DNA of 64,000 bases, from assembly GCA_964016885.1 (NCBI GenBank), contig OZ024764.1:21204001-21268000 (forward strand), read 5' to 3'. A program made the position numbers and the translations under genes. The stretch is from Eledone cirrhosa (lineage: Eukaryota). The notes below the pieces were generated by a model. That model searched no databases, was not told the origin of the DNA, and saw nothing but the letters and a program-made list of their open reading frames with translations. This document shows, piece by piece, positions 12,154 through 23,175 of the stretch (positions are counted from its first letter, which is position 1; every line of letters begins with the position of its first letter).

Positions 12154-13446
12154 CTAAACTTCTGTATGAATACGCACATTCTTGGTTAAGGTACCATTAT
12201 GAGAGAATGATTTACCACAGATGTCACAGTGACATGGCTTCTCTCCTGTATGAATATGTTTGTGGGTAGCTAAGCTACTGCTGTCAGCGAATGATTTACC
12301 ACAGATGTCACAGTGATATGGCTTCTCTCCTGTATGAGTACGTTTGTGGATAGTTAAGTTACCACTATAAGAGAATGATTTACCACAGATGTGACAGTGA
12401 TATGGCTTCTCTCCTGTATGAGTACGTTTGTGGACAGTTAAGTTACCACTATGAGAGAATGATTTACCACAGATGTCACAGTGATATGGCTTCTCTCCTG
12501 TATGAGTACGTTTGTGGACAGTTAAGTTACCACTATAAGAGAATGATTTACCACAGATGTGACAGTGATATGGCTTCTCTCCTGTATGAGTACGTTTGTG
12601 GGTAGCTAAGCAACTTCTGTCAGCAAATGATTTACCACAGATGTCACAGTGATATGGCTTCTCTCCTGTATGAGTACGTTTGTGGATAGTTAAGTTACCA
12701 CTATGAGAGAATGATTTACCACAGATGTCACAGTGATATGGGTTCTCTCCTGTATGAATACGTTTGTGAGTAGTTAGGTTGTTATATTTAGAGAATGTTT
12801 TACCACAGATGTCACAGTGACATAGTTTCTCTCCTGTATGAATAGCTTTGTGAGTAGTTAGGTGAATACTCTGAGAGAATGAATTACCGCAGATATCACA
12901 GTGATATGGCTTCTCTCCTGTATGAATACGATGGTGTTTAACAAAGTTACTTCTGTCAGAGAATGATTTACCACAGATGTCACAGTGATATGGCTTCTCT
13001 CCTGTATGAATACGATGGTGTTTAACAAAGCTACTTCTGTCAGAGAATGATTTACCACAGATATCACAGTGATATGGTTTCTCTCCTCTATGAATACGTT
13101 TGTGAGTAGTTAGGTGAATACTCTGAGAGAATGATTTACCACAGATATCACAGTGATATAGTTTCTCTCCTGTATGAATACGTTGGTGTTTAGTTAAGCT
13201 ATATCTGCAAGAGAATGATTTACTACAGATGTCACAGTGATGTGGCTTCTCTCCTGTATGAATTTGTTTGTGAACTCTGATGCTACTACTGTGACTGAAT
13301 GATTTGTTCCAGATATCACACTTATAAGGCTTCTTTCCTGTATGAATACGTTTGTGAGTAGTTAGCTGATTACTACGAGAGAATGATTTACCACAGATAT
13401 CACAGTGGAATGGTGATTTTACTATATTTTTCGACATAACTCCCAC
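12154..13446 (-). CDS. C2H2 zinc-finger protein, 15 tandem fingers (finger 2 C>W and finger 15 H>N degenerate), no recognisable effector domain
   Basis: 430-aa ORF of CxxC..HxxxH units with TGEKP linkers. Likely ATG at 13437 (MSKNIVKSP); in-frame TGA just upstream. Splice acceptor at 14255. Confidence 0.93.
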   Translation of the reverse strand: MGVMSKNIVKSPFHCDICGKSFSRSNQLTTHKRIHTGKKPYKCDIWNKSFSHSSSIRVHKQIHTGEKPHHCDICSKSFSCRYSLTKHQRIHTGEKLYHCDICGKSFSQSIHLTTHKRIHRGEKPYHCDICGKSFSDRSSFVKHHRIHTGEKPYHCDICGKSFSDRSNFVKHHRIHTGEKPYHCDICGNSFSQSIHLTTHKAIHTGEKLCHCDICGKTFSKYNNLTTHKRIHTGENPYHCDICGKSFSHSGNLTIHKRTHTGEKPYHCDICGKSFADRSCLATHKRTHTGEKPYHCHICGKSFSYSGNLTVHKRTHTGEKPYHCDICGKSFSHSGNLTVHKRTHTGEKPYHCHICGKSFSYSGNLTIHKRTHTGEKPYHCDICGKSFADSSSLATHKHIHTGEKPCHCDICGKSFSHNGTLTKNVRIHTEV

Positions 13447-14397
13447 TAAAAGATATCAATGACCTCAGTTTCTCACATAATTCACAGTTTTAATATTTTT
13501 CTCCTCTCAGTATATGGATATTTTTCTTCGTTATGTTTATAATATTATTCCTAAAGCATATTCCTCCAGATATATTTACATCAACTTTGGTCTTTCTTTA
13601 TATTTAAAGATGATACAAACTGTTTTGTAGATATCTTCAAGTTTAATATACATATAAAATCATCTTGTACATATTCCAGACAGTGAAGAATCTAATTTTT
13701 CGGGTTTTTATTTGATTAGTTATTCCTGTAATAATGGAAATATTTCTACTCCTGTAGTTCCATCTACTATCAACTTTGTCAATATATGAAGATCTTACAA
13801 AATCATGTGTAAATTTCTTCTGCTTTATTTTGTATCTTCTACATATTCCAGACAGCAAAGAATAGAAGTGTTATTGAGTTTACAAGAAATATTTTCCAGT
13901 AATTCTCCCATAGATTTATATAAACAAGGTTGTATCTGTTCTGTATAACAGCTTCCTTTAGTCTTTAAATAATGGTGTTGATGAAACAACTGATATAAAA
14001 GTGTTTTATCCTTTTCATACCAGTCTTTATATTTATCTAAAAACTTTCCATTGTAACTTCATGAGATTGTGCAAAGTTATGTTCCAAATAGCAGCTTAAT
14101 ACTGAGAAATTCAGTTATATTACTAAATCCCTTCAAAGTGTTGAGTGTTTTCAAAATTATTTGAAAATGATGGGTAGTGTCTTTCATTAGAAATGGTTAA
14201 TGTTGAGGATATGTCTGATGTAACGTGCTCTTTAATGCCAATGTCCTCTGGTATTCTGAAATAATAAAAGAACATTATAAGATACTCAGAAACTTGTAAT
14301 ACATCAGTACAAATTTCATATAATATTTCTATATTGATAAATAGACTGTAATAAATACTAAGGCCTTCCTTGGTGAAGAATGTGCTGCCTAACATAG

Positions 14398-15085
14398 GTT
14401 AGTTATTAGTGGCAGTAGATTATACTGACTGATAAAAGTAGTTATTAGTGACATTAGATTATACTGACTGATAAAAGTAGTTATTAGTGGCAGTAGATTA
14501 AACTGACTGATAAAAGTAGTTATTAGTGACATTAGATTAAACTGACTGATAAAAGTAGTTATTAGTGACATTAGATTATACTGACTGATAACAGTAGTTA
14601 TTAGTGACATTAGATTAAACTGACTGATAAAAGTAGTTATTAGTGACATTAGATTAAACTGACTGATAAAAGTAGTTATTAGTGACATTAGATTATACTG
14701 ACTGATAAAAGTAGTTATTAGTGACATTAGATTAAACTGACTGATAAAAGTAGTTATTAGTGACTTTAGATTATACTGACTGATAAAAGTAGTTATTAGT
14801 GACATTAGATTATACTGACTGATAAAAGTAGTTATTAGTGACATTAGATTATACTGACTGATAAAAGTAGTTATTAGTGACATTAGATTAAACTGACTGA
14901 TAAAAGTAGTTATTAGTGACATTAGATTAAACTGAATGATAAAAGTAGTTATTAGTGACATTAGATTATACTGACTGATAAAAGTAGTTATTAGTGACAT
15001 TAGATTATACTGACTGATAAAAGTAGTTATTAGTGACATTATATTATACTGACTGATAAAAGTAGTTATTAGTGACATCAGATTA
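14398..15085. repeat. 39-bp intronic minisatellite, ~17-18 copies
   Basis: AGTAGTTATTAGTGACATTAGATTATACTGACTGATAAA head-to-tail. About 3.5 copies in C (38013-38155) and about 2.5 in D (52616-52720). Confidence 0.97.
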
Positions 15086-15086
15086 A

Positions 15087-15294
15087 CCCTTTAGTATTCA
15101 CATTACTCTATATTTACTATTACATTATCACAGTAAATGCTTTATCTCTCATAATATCAAATCTATGAGATTTTCATGTTATTTATTTTGAGAACAATAC
15201 CTTAACATAAGTATAAGTGACCAGTTACGGCCAGTTTGAACAGAAAGATGTGGGAGAATTCTGGCCAGATATGGCCAGTTTATATACTAAAGGG
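15087..15294. mobile_element. piggyBac-type MITE
   Basis: TTAA|CCCTTTAGTAT ... ATACTAAAGGG|TTAA. Copies at 38157-38364 and 52721-52928. Confidence 0.85.
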
Positions 15295-15930
15295 TTAAGG
15301 AAATTAGGTGTAGAAGAATGGCTTGTGAGAAGCTGTCAGTAAAGTGTGTTTAGTGAGGAATTGAAGGTACAAGTAGGAGTTCATCATGGTTTAGTTCTTA
15401 GCCCACTGTTGTTCATCATAGTTCTCCAAGACATAACAGAGAGGTTTAAGACTGGCTGTCTATGGAAACTTCTCTATGTAGATGACCAACTATAGATATA
15501 GAATTTGAAATGGTAAGTTCTGAGAATATACTTAGCCAAAACTAAAGTGGTAATGGATAGGAGAGAAGACCCTGACCCCTTCAGGAAAGTGGCCCTGCTC
15601 CATATGTAGAAAAGGAATAAGTAGAGGTAACCACAATGACAGAGACCTAGTTATAATAGCAGGGGACTTCAATGGTCATGTTGGACAGCTCCAGGATGGA
15701 TACACTGGGGTACATGGTGGTCATGGTTATGGCTCAAGAAACGATGAAGGAGTGACGCTTCTTGTATTTTGTGATGCAAGTGAACTAACCATTTGCAACA
15801 CTTCAAGAAACCTACCAACCACCTAATAACCTACCAATCAGGTGAGCACATGAGACATATTGACTTCTTGCTAGTTAGGGAGTAAGACAGATAGATGGTG
15901 TCAAATACTAAGGCATACCCCAGGGAACAA
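15295..15930 (+). mobile_element. Rearranged RTE LINE fragments (RT piece followed by endonuclease piece)
   Basis: RKLGVEEWLVR, GVHHGLVLSPLLFII, YVDD and SGKWPCSICRKG, then IIAGDFNGHVG..HGGHGYGSRNDEG. Copy at 38365-38992; longer in D. Confidence 0.8.
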
Positions 15931-15937
15931 AGTAGCA

Positions 15938-16297
15938 GGAAACGACTAGATTTGTAGATAAAGAAGTGGGAGACAGGATTATCAGATTTAAGAAGAGCTA
16001 CACACTTCTCCAGTTGGCTGGGAAATAATTATCTTTCCTTAATTTTATTTCTCGAACTCTTAGATGTTTGCAATCGACTTTTCTTCCTGAAAACGGAAAC
16101 CCTAACCCTAATACTGAGAAATAAAACGTCTATCGCAAGTATCTAAGGGGTCCAGAGAAAAAATACTGGAAAAGGGGTATAGCAAGAATTCTAAGAAAAA
16201 TAATTATTCTCACCCAACGTGAGGTGTGAGTAGATCTGTGAAACTACATCTCTTTGTATACTTTCACCCTACTTTTTCTACAAATCTAGTCATTTCA
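15938..16297. mobile_element. TIR MITE with internal AACCCTAACCCTAA
   Basis: GGAAACGACTAGATTTGTAGA ... TCTACAAATCTAGTC(G/A)TTTC inverted ends, best preserved at 56944-57299; also at 39001-39360. TSD not resolved. Confidence 0.7.
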
Positions 16298-16545
16298 GTG
16301 AGGGTACCTGGTTATTTCAGCACCGTAGCCTCACCTTACTGAGGTGCCAGGTGATACCCGTGAGGGTACCTGGTTATTTCAGCACCTTAGCCTCACCTTA
16401 CTGAGGTGCCAGGTGATACCCGTGAGGGTACCTGGTTATTTCAGCACCTTAGCCTCACCATCACCCGTTGTAATGTTGCCAGTGTGTTGGCTTGCCTCAA
16501 AGTGTGTAGTTAACCCCTAGGTTGTGAGGTGTGGCCTATTATCAC
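16298..16545 (+). repeat. 62-bp tandem repeat derived from CRE RLE C-terminal coding sequence, plus 3' flank
   Basis: GTGAGGGTACCTGGTTATTTCAGCACC starts at 16298, 16360 and 16422, continuing into CATCACCCGTTGTAATGTTGCCAGTGTGTTGGCTTGCCTCAAA, the reverse complement of ~16890-16960. About 4.6 copies at 57300-57580. Confidence 0.8.
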
Positions 16546-16549
16546 ACTA

Positions 16550-19500
16550 TAAATTCAATTTATTCACGTTTATAATAACATATATAATGACACAATGCTT
16601 AGAGGAAAGTCATAGCGTCACTTATATCAACACAAGTGGATAAGTTCCTTCAGAATGAAAATATAAACAGAGCATATAAATAAATTTACAGTAGAATAAC
16701 ATAAGAAATATGTTTTAAATATATAAATAACATTACAAATGCCTCGGTAACACTATAAAGGATGATACAATGAAAGATAAATTCCTTCAATGTTGCAATA
16801 TTAAAGAAAATGTAAAGGAAGGGGTGGACAACGGAGCCAACACCAGAGCAAAAGACAGCAACGAGGGGTACTGGGAAACCTCTCTAATGAGTTTTGAGGC
16901 AAGCCAGCACACTGGCAGTGTTACATCGGGTGATGGCGAGGCTGAGGTGCTGGAACAGCCAAGCGCCCTTGCAATTTCGCCAGTTACCTCTATAAGGCGA
17001 GCCGCCAGTGAGGAAAGGAACCTCGCAGTCAGCGGACCGACTCCCCCAAACGTCTCGAAAGCCACAGGCTGAAAAATGTAGCTGGCCGACAGATCAGAGT
17101 ATTTGAGGGTCTTACTCCGCTCGGCTGCCGAAGCTGTGGCTCTCGTCCTTACCGCAGCATCAAGGATGTGGGAAAGAGCAAAGGAGTCACTAACAGTGAC
17201 GTCCCAGATAAGGCACCTGCCTCTCGACCAGGGGCACAGGGTAAGGCCGTCAGGTCTTTTGCCGTCACTTCTGGACAACCCAGATGGTTCCAAGACTGAG
17301 GGGATGTTTGCCGGGGCCAAAGCTCTCTTCAGAATAAAGTTTAGCTCCGTGTGACGGGCGAAGCAGCCGGCATTCAGGCGGCAAGAAAGACGGTGGGGGC
17401 CTGTGGAGTCGAGGAGTTAGCCACATCTCAAACCCATGCAGACGTCAGCTCCCACTCTGAGGGTGATGGAGACACGAAGTTCATCCAGGCTGAGTAGGCC
17501 TCCAACGTTGGCCACGGGTAAGGCATCGACCCAGTCACCGGAGTATTTGGCGCTGGCAGATGGTAAGCGGCACCTTGTAAACTGATCTGAGAGGACGAAG
17601 AGGGAGTCGAAGGTGGCATTCCAACGTATCCTGTCCCAAGTTCTCTGACTTCGACTGTCCTCCACCTTCTCAGGAAGAGACAAGCCCAACTCACTCCATT
17701 GCTGGAGAGCTTCACACAACTCCCTGTTTGAACTAGTCCATGTTGGAGAGGAGAGGATGCTGCAAGCTTGGGTGTAGGAAAGGAAGCAGGGGAGAGAGAG
17801 GGACGAACACTTACTAACATTGACCAGACACTCGAGTCTCTCGAAGATTAGGTCGTCGAAGCGTTGGAGGCAGGATGGAAATCTGTGAGAGGGGCTGACC
17901 CTGAGCAGATACAGAAGCTTAGGAATAGACAGGTAGTTCCTGAGTAAGAAGAAACCTTGATGGCGTTCGATATCTTCAATATTCCTCAGCAGCTGCTCAA
18001 GGCCAACCATCTTCGATTGGATGGTTGACTCGAAGGCCAGGTCTGTGATCGGGGCTCCCAAGGAGCACCAAGCCGACGGGGGAGGGACCGTGATGGAAGG
18101 GAAGGACTCTGCGAACAGGTCGATCAGCTGTTGGTGTTAAGAAGCCGGGTGGTTGAGGATCCAGAGCTCACATTTGAAGCTATTGATCTGGAGACCCCGG
18201 CGCCAAGCTCCTCCACCATCCTATTGGCAGTGGCGAGAACCATATCCGGAGTTCCCCCCAAACAGGCGTCGTCGAGCTACCAGACATTGAGGTCCAACTC
18301 AGCCCTCATCTTCGTGACGTCATCAATGTCCAGTGAGGGGGGGGGGTCCCGAGTGGGTCACCCTGTTGGACTCCTGAGGCAGAGGTGATGATCTGGTCAC
18401 TGAAAGAGAGGTAGGAGGGCTCCCGATAAGCCTGCCAAGCAAAGTGGTAGAGTTGTGGGACCCTCTCTCTTGCTGAGCCGAGGACGATGTTACGGCTGAC
18501 GGAGTTGAAGGCATTCCTGAGGTCAAGTTTGAGGATGACCTTGGGGGATGAGGAGGGCAAGTTGGCAAATGCTCTGGCAGCGTGGACAGCAGTCACACAT
18601 CCCAACCTGGTATCCACCCACAGCTGGAAGGGGGAAAATTCCTCCGCCAGTGAGTTGGAGACCAACAGCAAACAAGCCTTTGCAGTGAGGCGGCGAGGTG
18701 TGCAGCCAGCCGCAATGCGGCGCAGGTCCCTGTTGGGCTTGGTGAGACCAAATAGCTTCGCACCGAAGAACAGTGGGCGGATGAACGGGAGAACGTTCAC
18801 TGATTCACAAACTGAGTCAGACTCTCCAAGAGCTCGAGTCCGGCATCACCGGCCGATAAGGAGATACCATCCTTGAGATGTTGAGGACGAAGGACGTCAA
18901 TTCCCGCGCCTGACCCAGCGGGGAAGGATGAAATTGCCTTTCTGATGAAATTGGTGGTGTAAACCGGTCTCAAGTATTCTGGTGGTTCGGGCCAGTGTTG
19001 CTGATCATCTGGGGGTGCTTCTCCTTCAGACGCTCACGAGAGTCAGAGTTGCATGGAGCAAGGGAGGACAGCCCCTTTAATGTCAAATTCGCTGAATTGG
19101 CATTGACGGCTCGCTTGAGGCCTACCGGTTGTCTGTTGGTGGACACCGAGCTCGGAGACGACCTGAGATGAGACGTGGTTGGGGTGGACTCAAACAGCTG
19201 GAACTGCCGCTTGAGAGAGGACTTGAGGGAACCCGAGTTCGCATTGTGCACGTGAAGAGAGATGAGGGGAAACAAAAACAATTTCTGCCAGTCTATTGTT
19301 GGACGAGCAAACGTTTTTCAGTAAATTAGAGAGGGCACCTGCAAAGCTGTTCCGAGCTCCCTTAAGGGTCCGGTTAACGAGCTTTGATTTGGAGAAGCCC
19401 TGGGGGGACTGTGGAAAGTCGTCGGTAGAGTCTTGGTCATCCCCACGGAATAGTCAGAGCTGAAGTGGCACCGATGACAGGTCCAGTGTTGAAGCCTTTC

Positions 19501-20330
19501 GGCTTGAGCTTTGGTGATGCCGACACAGCTTCTGTGGTAGCTTGCGTGGCATAGGTGACATTTAATTGTCTTTAAGTACTGGTTAGTGCGAGCACAGAGG
19601 GCGCAATCAGGTGGCGGGCTGGCAACAGCCGGCAGTAGAGGGCCAGCGTTGGAATTCGGTGAAGGGAGTGAGTCAGTAAAGGAGACAACAGTGGTTCTAA
19701 CGGTGGGACTAAAGCGGAGGTTGGGTGGTGAGCTAACAGTTGTAGGGGTGGTGTTGTTGGCCGGGTTAGATTCGTTCGGAATCTGCCGTGAAGGAGAGGA
19801 GGGGTAGGTGGGGTCAAGTTAGCTCCTCTCGTGCGTGCTGCAGTTGGTGGAGAATGAGAGGTCGAAGGCTGACCGGTTGTCACATTAGTCGTTCCACCAA
19901 GCAGGTCTCTTGGTCGTTCAACGCATGCCACCGCCACCTAGAGTGGACTAGGTTAAAGTGGTGGCAACTTTAGCAATCGGCAATCGCCGGTAATAGTTCG
20001 GTCGAAACATCGGGCCACCGGCGGGTTGAACGAACACCTAGGTGGGCTGTGCGCGAGGAGAAAGTAAGGGTTGAGCAAGGGGAGGGATGGAAGGTGGAGA
20101 AGGAGTGAGAAGATGATGAGTGCGTGGAGAGGAGTGTGGTCATGTGAGAGGCAGGTAAATACAGTGGGAGAGAAAGAGCACTGAACATGCAAAGAGAAGG
20201 AAAATAAAAACGCTAGAAATACAAAATCTAAGGCTGTGAGTTTGTGTAATAGTTCGCATGTAAAAACCGAAATTGTGAGGTTGTGTAAAAAATAAAAAAA
20301 TAAAAAAACATGGGCAAGACTTAAGTAAAA
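16550..20330 (-). mobile_element. CRE-clade (RLE-type) non-LTR retrotransposon with N-terminal PHD finger, disrupted
   Basis: RT motifs KLDLRNAFN, GVQQGDPLG, VW*LDDA; CCHC-type knuckle region; RLE EP..RSDGKRPDG..WDVT..K..KY..FQPVAFETFG (16787-17320); PHD-like CALC..CHLCHASYHRSC..WTCHRC at ~19468-19608. Ends approximate. Confidence 0.85.
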
Positions 20331-21265
20331 TCAAAACCTGAATGATAGTGATACAAGATGTTTACAATTACGGAGTGATTACATTACTGGACCTGAATTC
20401 TATCAAGTGGTCAAAGCTTCTAATTCTGTGAAATAGAATGGAAGTATGGATTGACCTTTCAGTCACACCTGACTATAAATAGATTCAGGTTATTTCAAGA
20501 GGGAGATGGGATGGTTCCTCGCCATTTATAATTATTTATATTTTATATTTGGGGGTTTGATTTTGAAAAATTGTAAGTGTATGTTAAGGAGGAAAGTATA
20601 ATTGTGTGATACAATTGCTCCAGGTTGGTTCCCTACGTTGTTGCCACAAACAATTCTTTTTTCCTCCGAACATCTGTTATTCCTCTCCGTAGATTATAAA
20701 TGGTAAAATCCGTTCGATCCAACCGAATGGAAAATCCAGTTCCTTGAAGAATATTTTGAGTTGTCTCGGACAAAGCAAAAAAAGGGGAAAGTTGAAAATG
20801 TTTACCTCGTTTGGTGGTCAATTGCCATCTCCCACTGTGTTTTTCTTTCCTTTATCATTATTGTTCAATAAATTATATTATTATACACAGTTTAGACAAT
20901 ATATTTGTAATGTCTTTCTCAAGGAATTGCCAGCAATTTATAATGTTATTTACACACTTATGTTATTTATGTATATATTTAAAACTTATTTACAACGTTA
21001 TTCTACTGTAAATTTATACAATTGTAATAAAATATATTAATTATATCATCACATAATATAAAAACGACCTTTAGAATATTTAAATATTTAGTTTTCTTAA
21101 TTTATTTTTCAGCAACAACAAAAGTTTTCACTTTAATTAATTAGAGGTAGGTAAAATATAGATAATTACGATAACATTTTATATTTCCAGTAATGAAACA
21201 AACAAGAAAATATATATTTGTGATGTGAAAAGTGAGCTTAAATCTACAATATTAATAGACATAAT

Positions 21266-21454
21266 TGTTTCTACTTTAGGCACAAGGCCAGCAATTACCC
21301 AGTGCATTACTGGTACTTTATTTTATCGACCCCGTAAGGATGAAAGGCAAAGTCAACCTCGGCGGGATTTGAACTCAGATCGTAAAGGGACGTAACCATG
21401 CTGGAAAGCATGGCGTCCGACCCTCTACCGATACTGCCAATCCACCGCCCTATT
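21266..21454 (-). mobile_element. tRNA-derived SINE, recent insertion with 18-bp TSD
   Basis: TSD AATATTAATAGACATAAT at 21248-21265 and 21455-21472. Minus strand has GGCGGTGGATTGGCAG...GAGTTCAAATCC (B box) then GCCTTTCATCCTTACGGGGTCGATAAAATAAAGTACCAG (probably Meta-type core). Empty sites at ~42548 and ~58093. Confidence 0.88.
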
Positions 21455-21478
21455 AATATTAATAGACATAATACTTAC

Positions 21479-21610
21479 ATTATAGTCTCAGGTGTTTAGT
21501 ATTTACAGAAATGTTGTCTAAATGATGTTGTAGGAAGACTAACACGTGGACAGGAAGTCGACAACTGCACCACTGCGCATGCTTCAATGATTTTTTTGTG
21601 ACGTAAAATA
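21479..21610 (-). promoter_or_regulatory. Putative ZNF promoter and non-coding exon 1
   Basis: Donor AAT|GTAAGT at 21478. Clustered CACGTG (E-box), CAGGAAGT (ETS), TGCGCATGC (NRF1-like) and GTGACGTAA (CRE/ATF-like) motifs in AT-rich DNA. Conserved in C (donor 42571) and D (donor 58116). Confidence 0.6.
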
Positions 21611-21694
21611 TTTTTACGGAATTAAATTATGTAAAGTTTGTAATAAAAAATGAAAGTTGAAATCAGTAAATGTAATTAAAATAGAACAGCTAAG

Positions 21695-22462
21695 GGCATA
21701 GGTTAAGTTTTACGTCCTCGAATATGAAACTAGGTTTTCTGACAAGTGAATGTGTTTGTTTTTTTTTTACAATGAAATTTACGATACACTCTTTGTTTAT
21801 TTACAACAGGTCTCTATAGTGATATGGTGTTAATTAGTATTGCGTGTGTGATTATTATTTCTTATATATATATGTGTGGGTGTGTATATGTGTGTCTGTA
21901 TGTATATATATATATGTGTGTTTGTATATATATATGTGTGGGTGTGTATATGTGTGTCTGTATGTATATATATATATGTGTTTGTATATATATATGTGTG
22001 GGTGTGTATATGTGTGTCTGTATGTATATATATATATGTGTGTTTGTATATATATATGTGTTTGTGTCATCATCATCGTTTAGATGTTTTTGTAATATCT
22101 TGCCAAAGTTGGCACCAACTATAAACAAATTAAGGCCGGGTCATAGGAAGGACAGAGAATGATAAGGGATTTGGGTAAAAACATGTAAACGATGATGATG
22201 ACACAAACACATATATATATACAAACACATATATATATATACATACAGACACACATATATATACACACATATACACACCCACACATATATATATAAGAGA
22301 AAATAATCAAACACGCAATACTAATTAACACCATATCACTATAGAGACCTGTTGTAAATAAACAAAAAGTGTATCGTAAATTTCATTGTAAAAAAAAAAA
22401 AACACATTCACATGTCAGAAAACCTAGTTTCATTTTCGAGGACGTAAAACTTAACCTATGCC
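21695..22462. mobile_element. Foldback-like MITE with long TIRs
   Basis: Arms 21695-22091 and 22177-22462 are reverse complements (GGCATAGGTTAAG...CTTAACCTATGCC) around an ~85-bp spacer. 8-bp TSD CAGCTAAG at 21687 and 22463. Empty site at ~58361. Confidence 0.9.
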
Positions 22463-22720
22463 CAGCTAAGTACTCTTACAGAGATCACCGGGTACTTCGG
22501 TAAATCGGGTCATATGGGGGCTAAGTTGCCAGAACTGCTAAGTACCCTGACAGAGATCACCGGGTATCTCGGTAAGATCGGGTCATATGGAGGCTAAACC
22601 GCCAGAACAGCTAAGTACCCTGACAGAGATCACCGGGTATCTCAGTAAAATCATGTCATGGAGGCTAAACCGCCAGAACAGCTAAGTACCCTCACAAGAG
22701 TCATCGGGTACTTCGGTAAA
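22463..22720. repeat. ~72-bp promoter-proximal minisatellite
   Basis: CAGCTAAGTACCCTGACAGAGATCACCGGGTATCTCGGTAAGATCGGGTCATATGGAGGCTAA units start at 22463, 22535, 22608 and 22679. Also at 43060-43880 and 58361-58480. Confidence 0.9.
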
Positions 22721-23021
22721 GCCAGCCGCCAACAGTGACCACAACTTCGTTGTCAGCAGCCCAGCTTCTCAACCATCACAGACTGGAATAAATACTTTGC
22801 CGATAATTACTGGTAGTTTAACTTTTATTTCGTTCGTCTACGGAAGCAGTGACCCTCACTTTTACTACAGCATGTAGGATGTGGGAGGGAGACGAAAACA
22901 TCACTAACTGGGTTCTCACAAATGTGACAGTTAGTTTTGAAAATACATATACAAGATACAAGATAAATGACTAGACTGAAAAATATTTGATAGGGAATAA
23001 AGAGTAGAATATTCTAGTCTG

Positions 23022-23175
23022 GGGTGTTGGAGAAGTTTGGAGGAGATAGGTCCCTGACAACGAGGTTCTTGTTATCGTTGGCAGCTCTCCTTACCGAGGT
23101 GTCAGGTGATACATATGAGGCTGTTTGGTAGTTCCAACATCTTAGCCTTGCTATCACTCGAAGTAAGACTGTCTC
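23022..23175 (+). mobile_element. CRE RLE C-terminal fragment
   Basis: Translates LEKFGG..LTTRFLLSLAALLTEVSGDTYE..W*FQHLSLAITR, homologous to FETFGGVGPLTARFLSSLAARLIEVTG. Copies near 44182 and 58777. Confidence 0.65.

Noticed and set aside
12375-13067. Antisense and alternative-frame ORFs over the ZNF
   Set aside because: Shadows of the 84-bp finger periodicity.
14389-15078. 229-aa ORF of MSLITTFISQYNL repeats / CRISPR-like array
   Set aside because: It is a 39-bp head-to-tail minisatellite with no spacers and no cas genes. The frame is open only because 39 is a multiple of 3, and it shrinks to 2-3 units in the paralogs.
16098-16112. Interstitial telomere (AACCCTAACCCTAA)
   Set aside because: Only about 2 units, internal to a MITE.
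20744-21040. 98-aa ORF conserved in A, C and D
   Set aside because: AT-rich, non-ATG start, no motif; conservation merely reflects recent duplication.
21824-22334. Cys/Val/Tyr/Ile- and His/Thr-rich ORFs (also 5685-6273, 49336-49901, 56222-56552)
   Set aside because: Translations of (TA)/(TG)/(CA) microsatellites.
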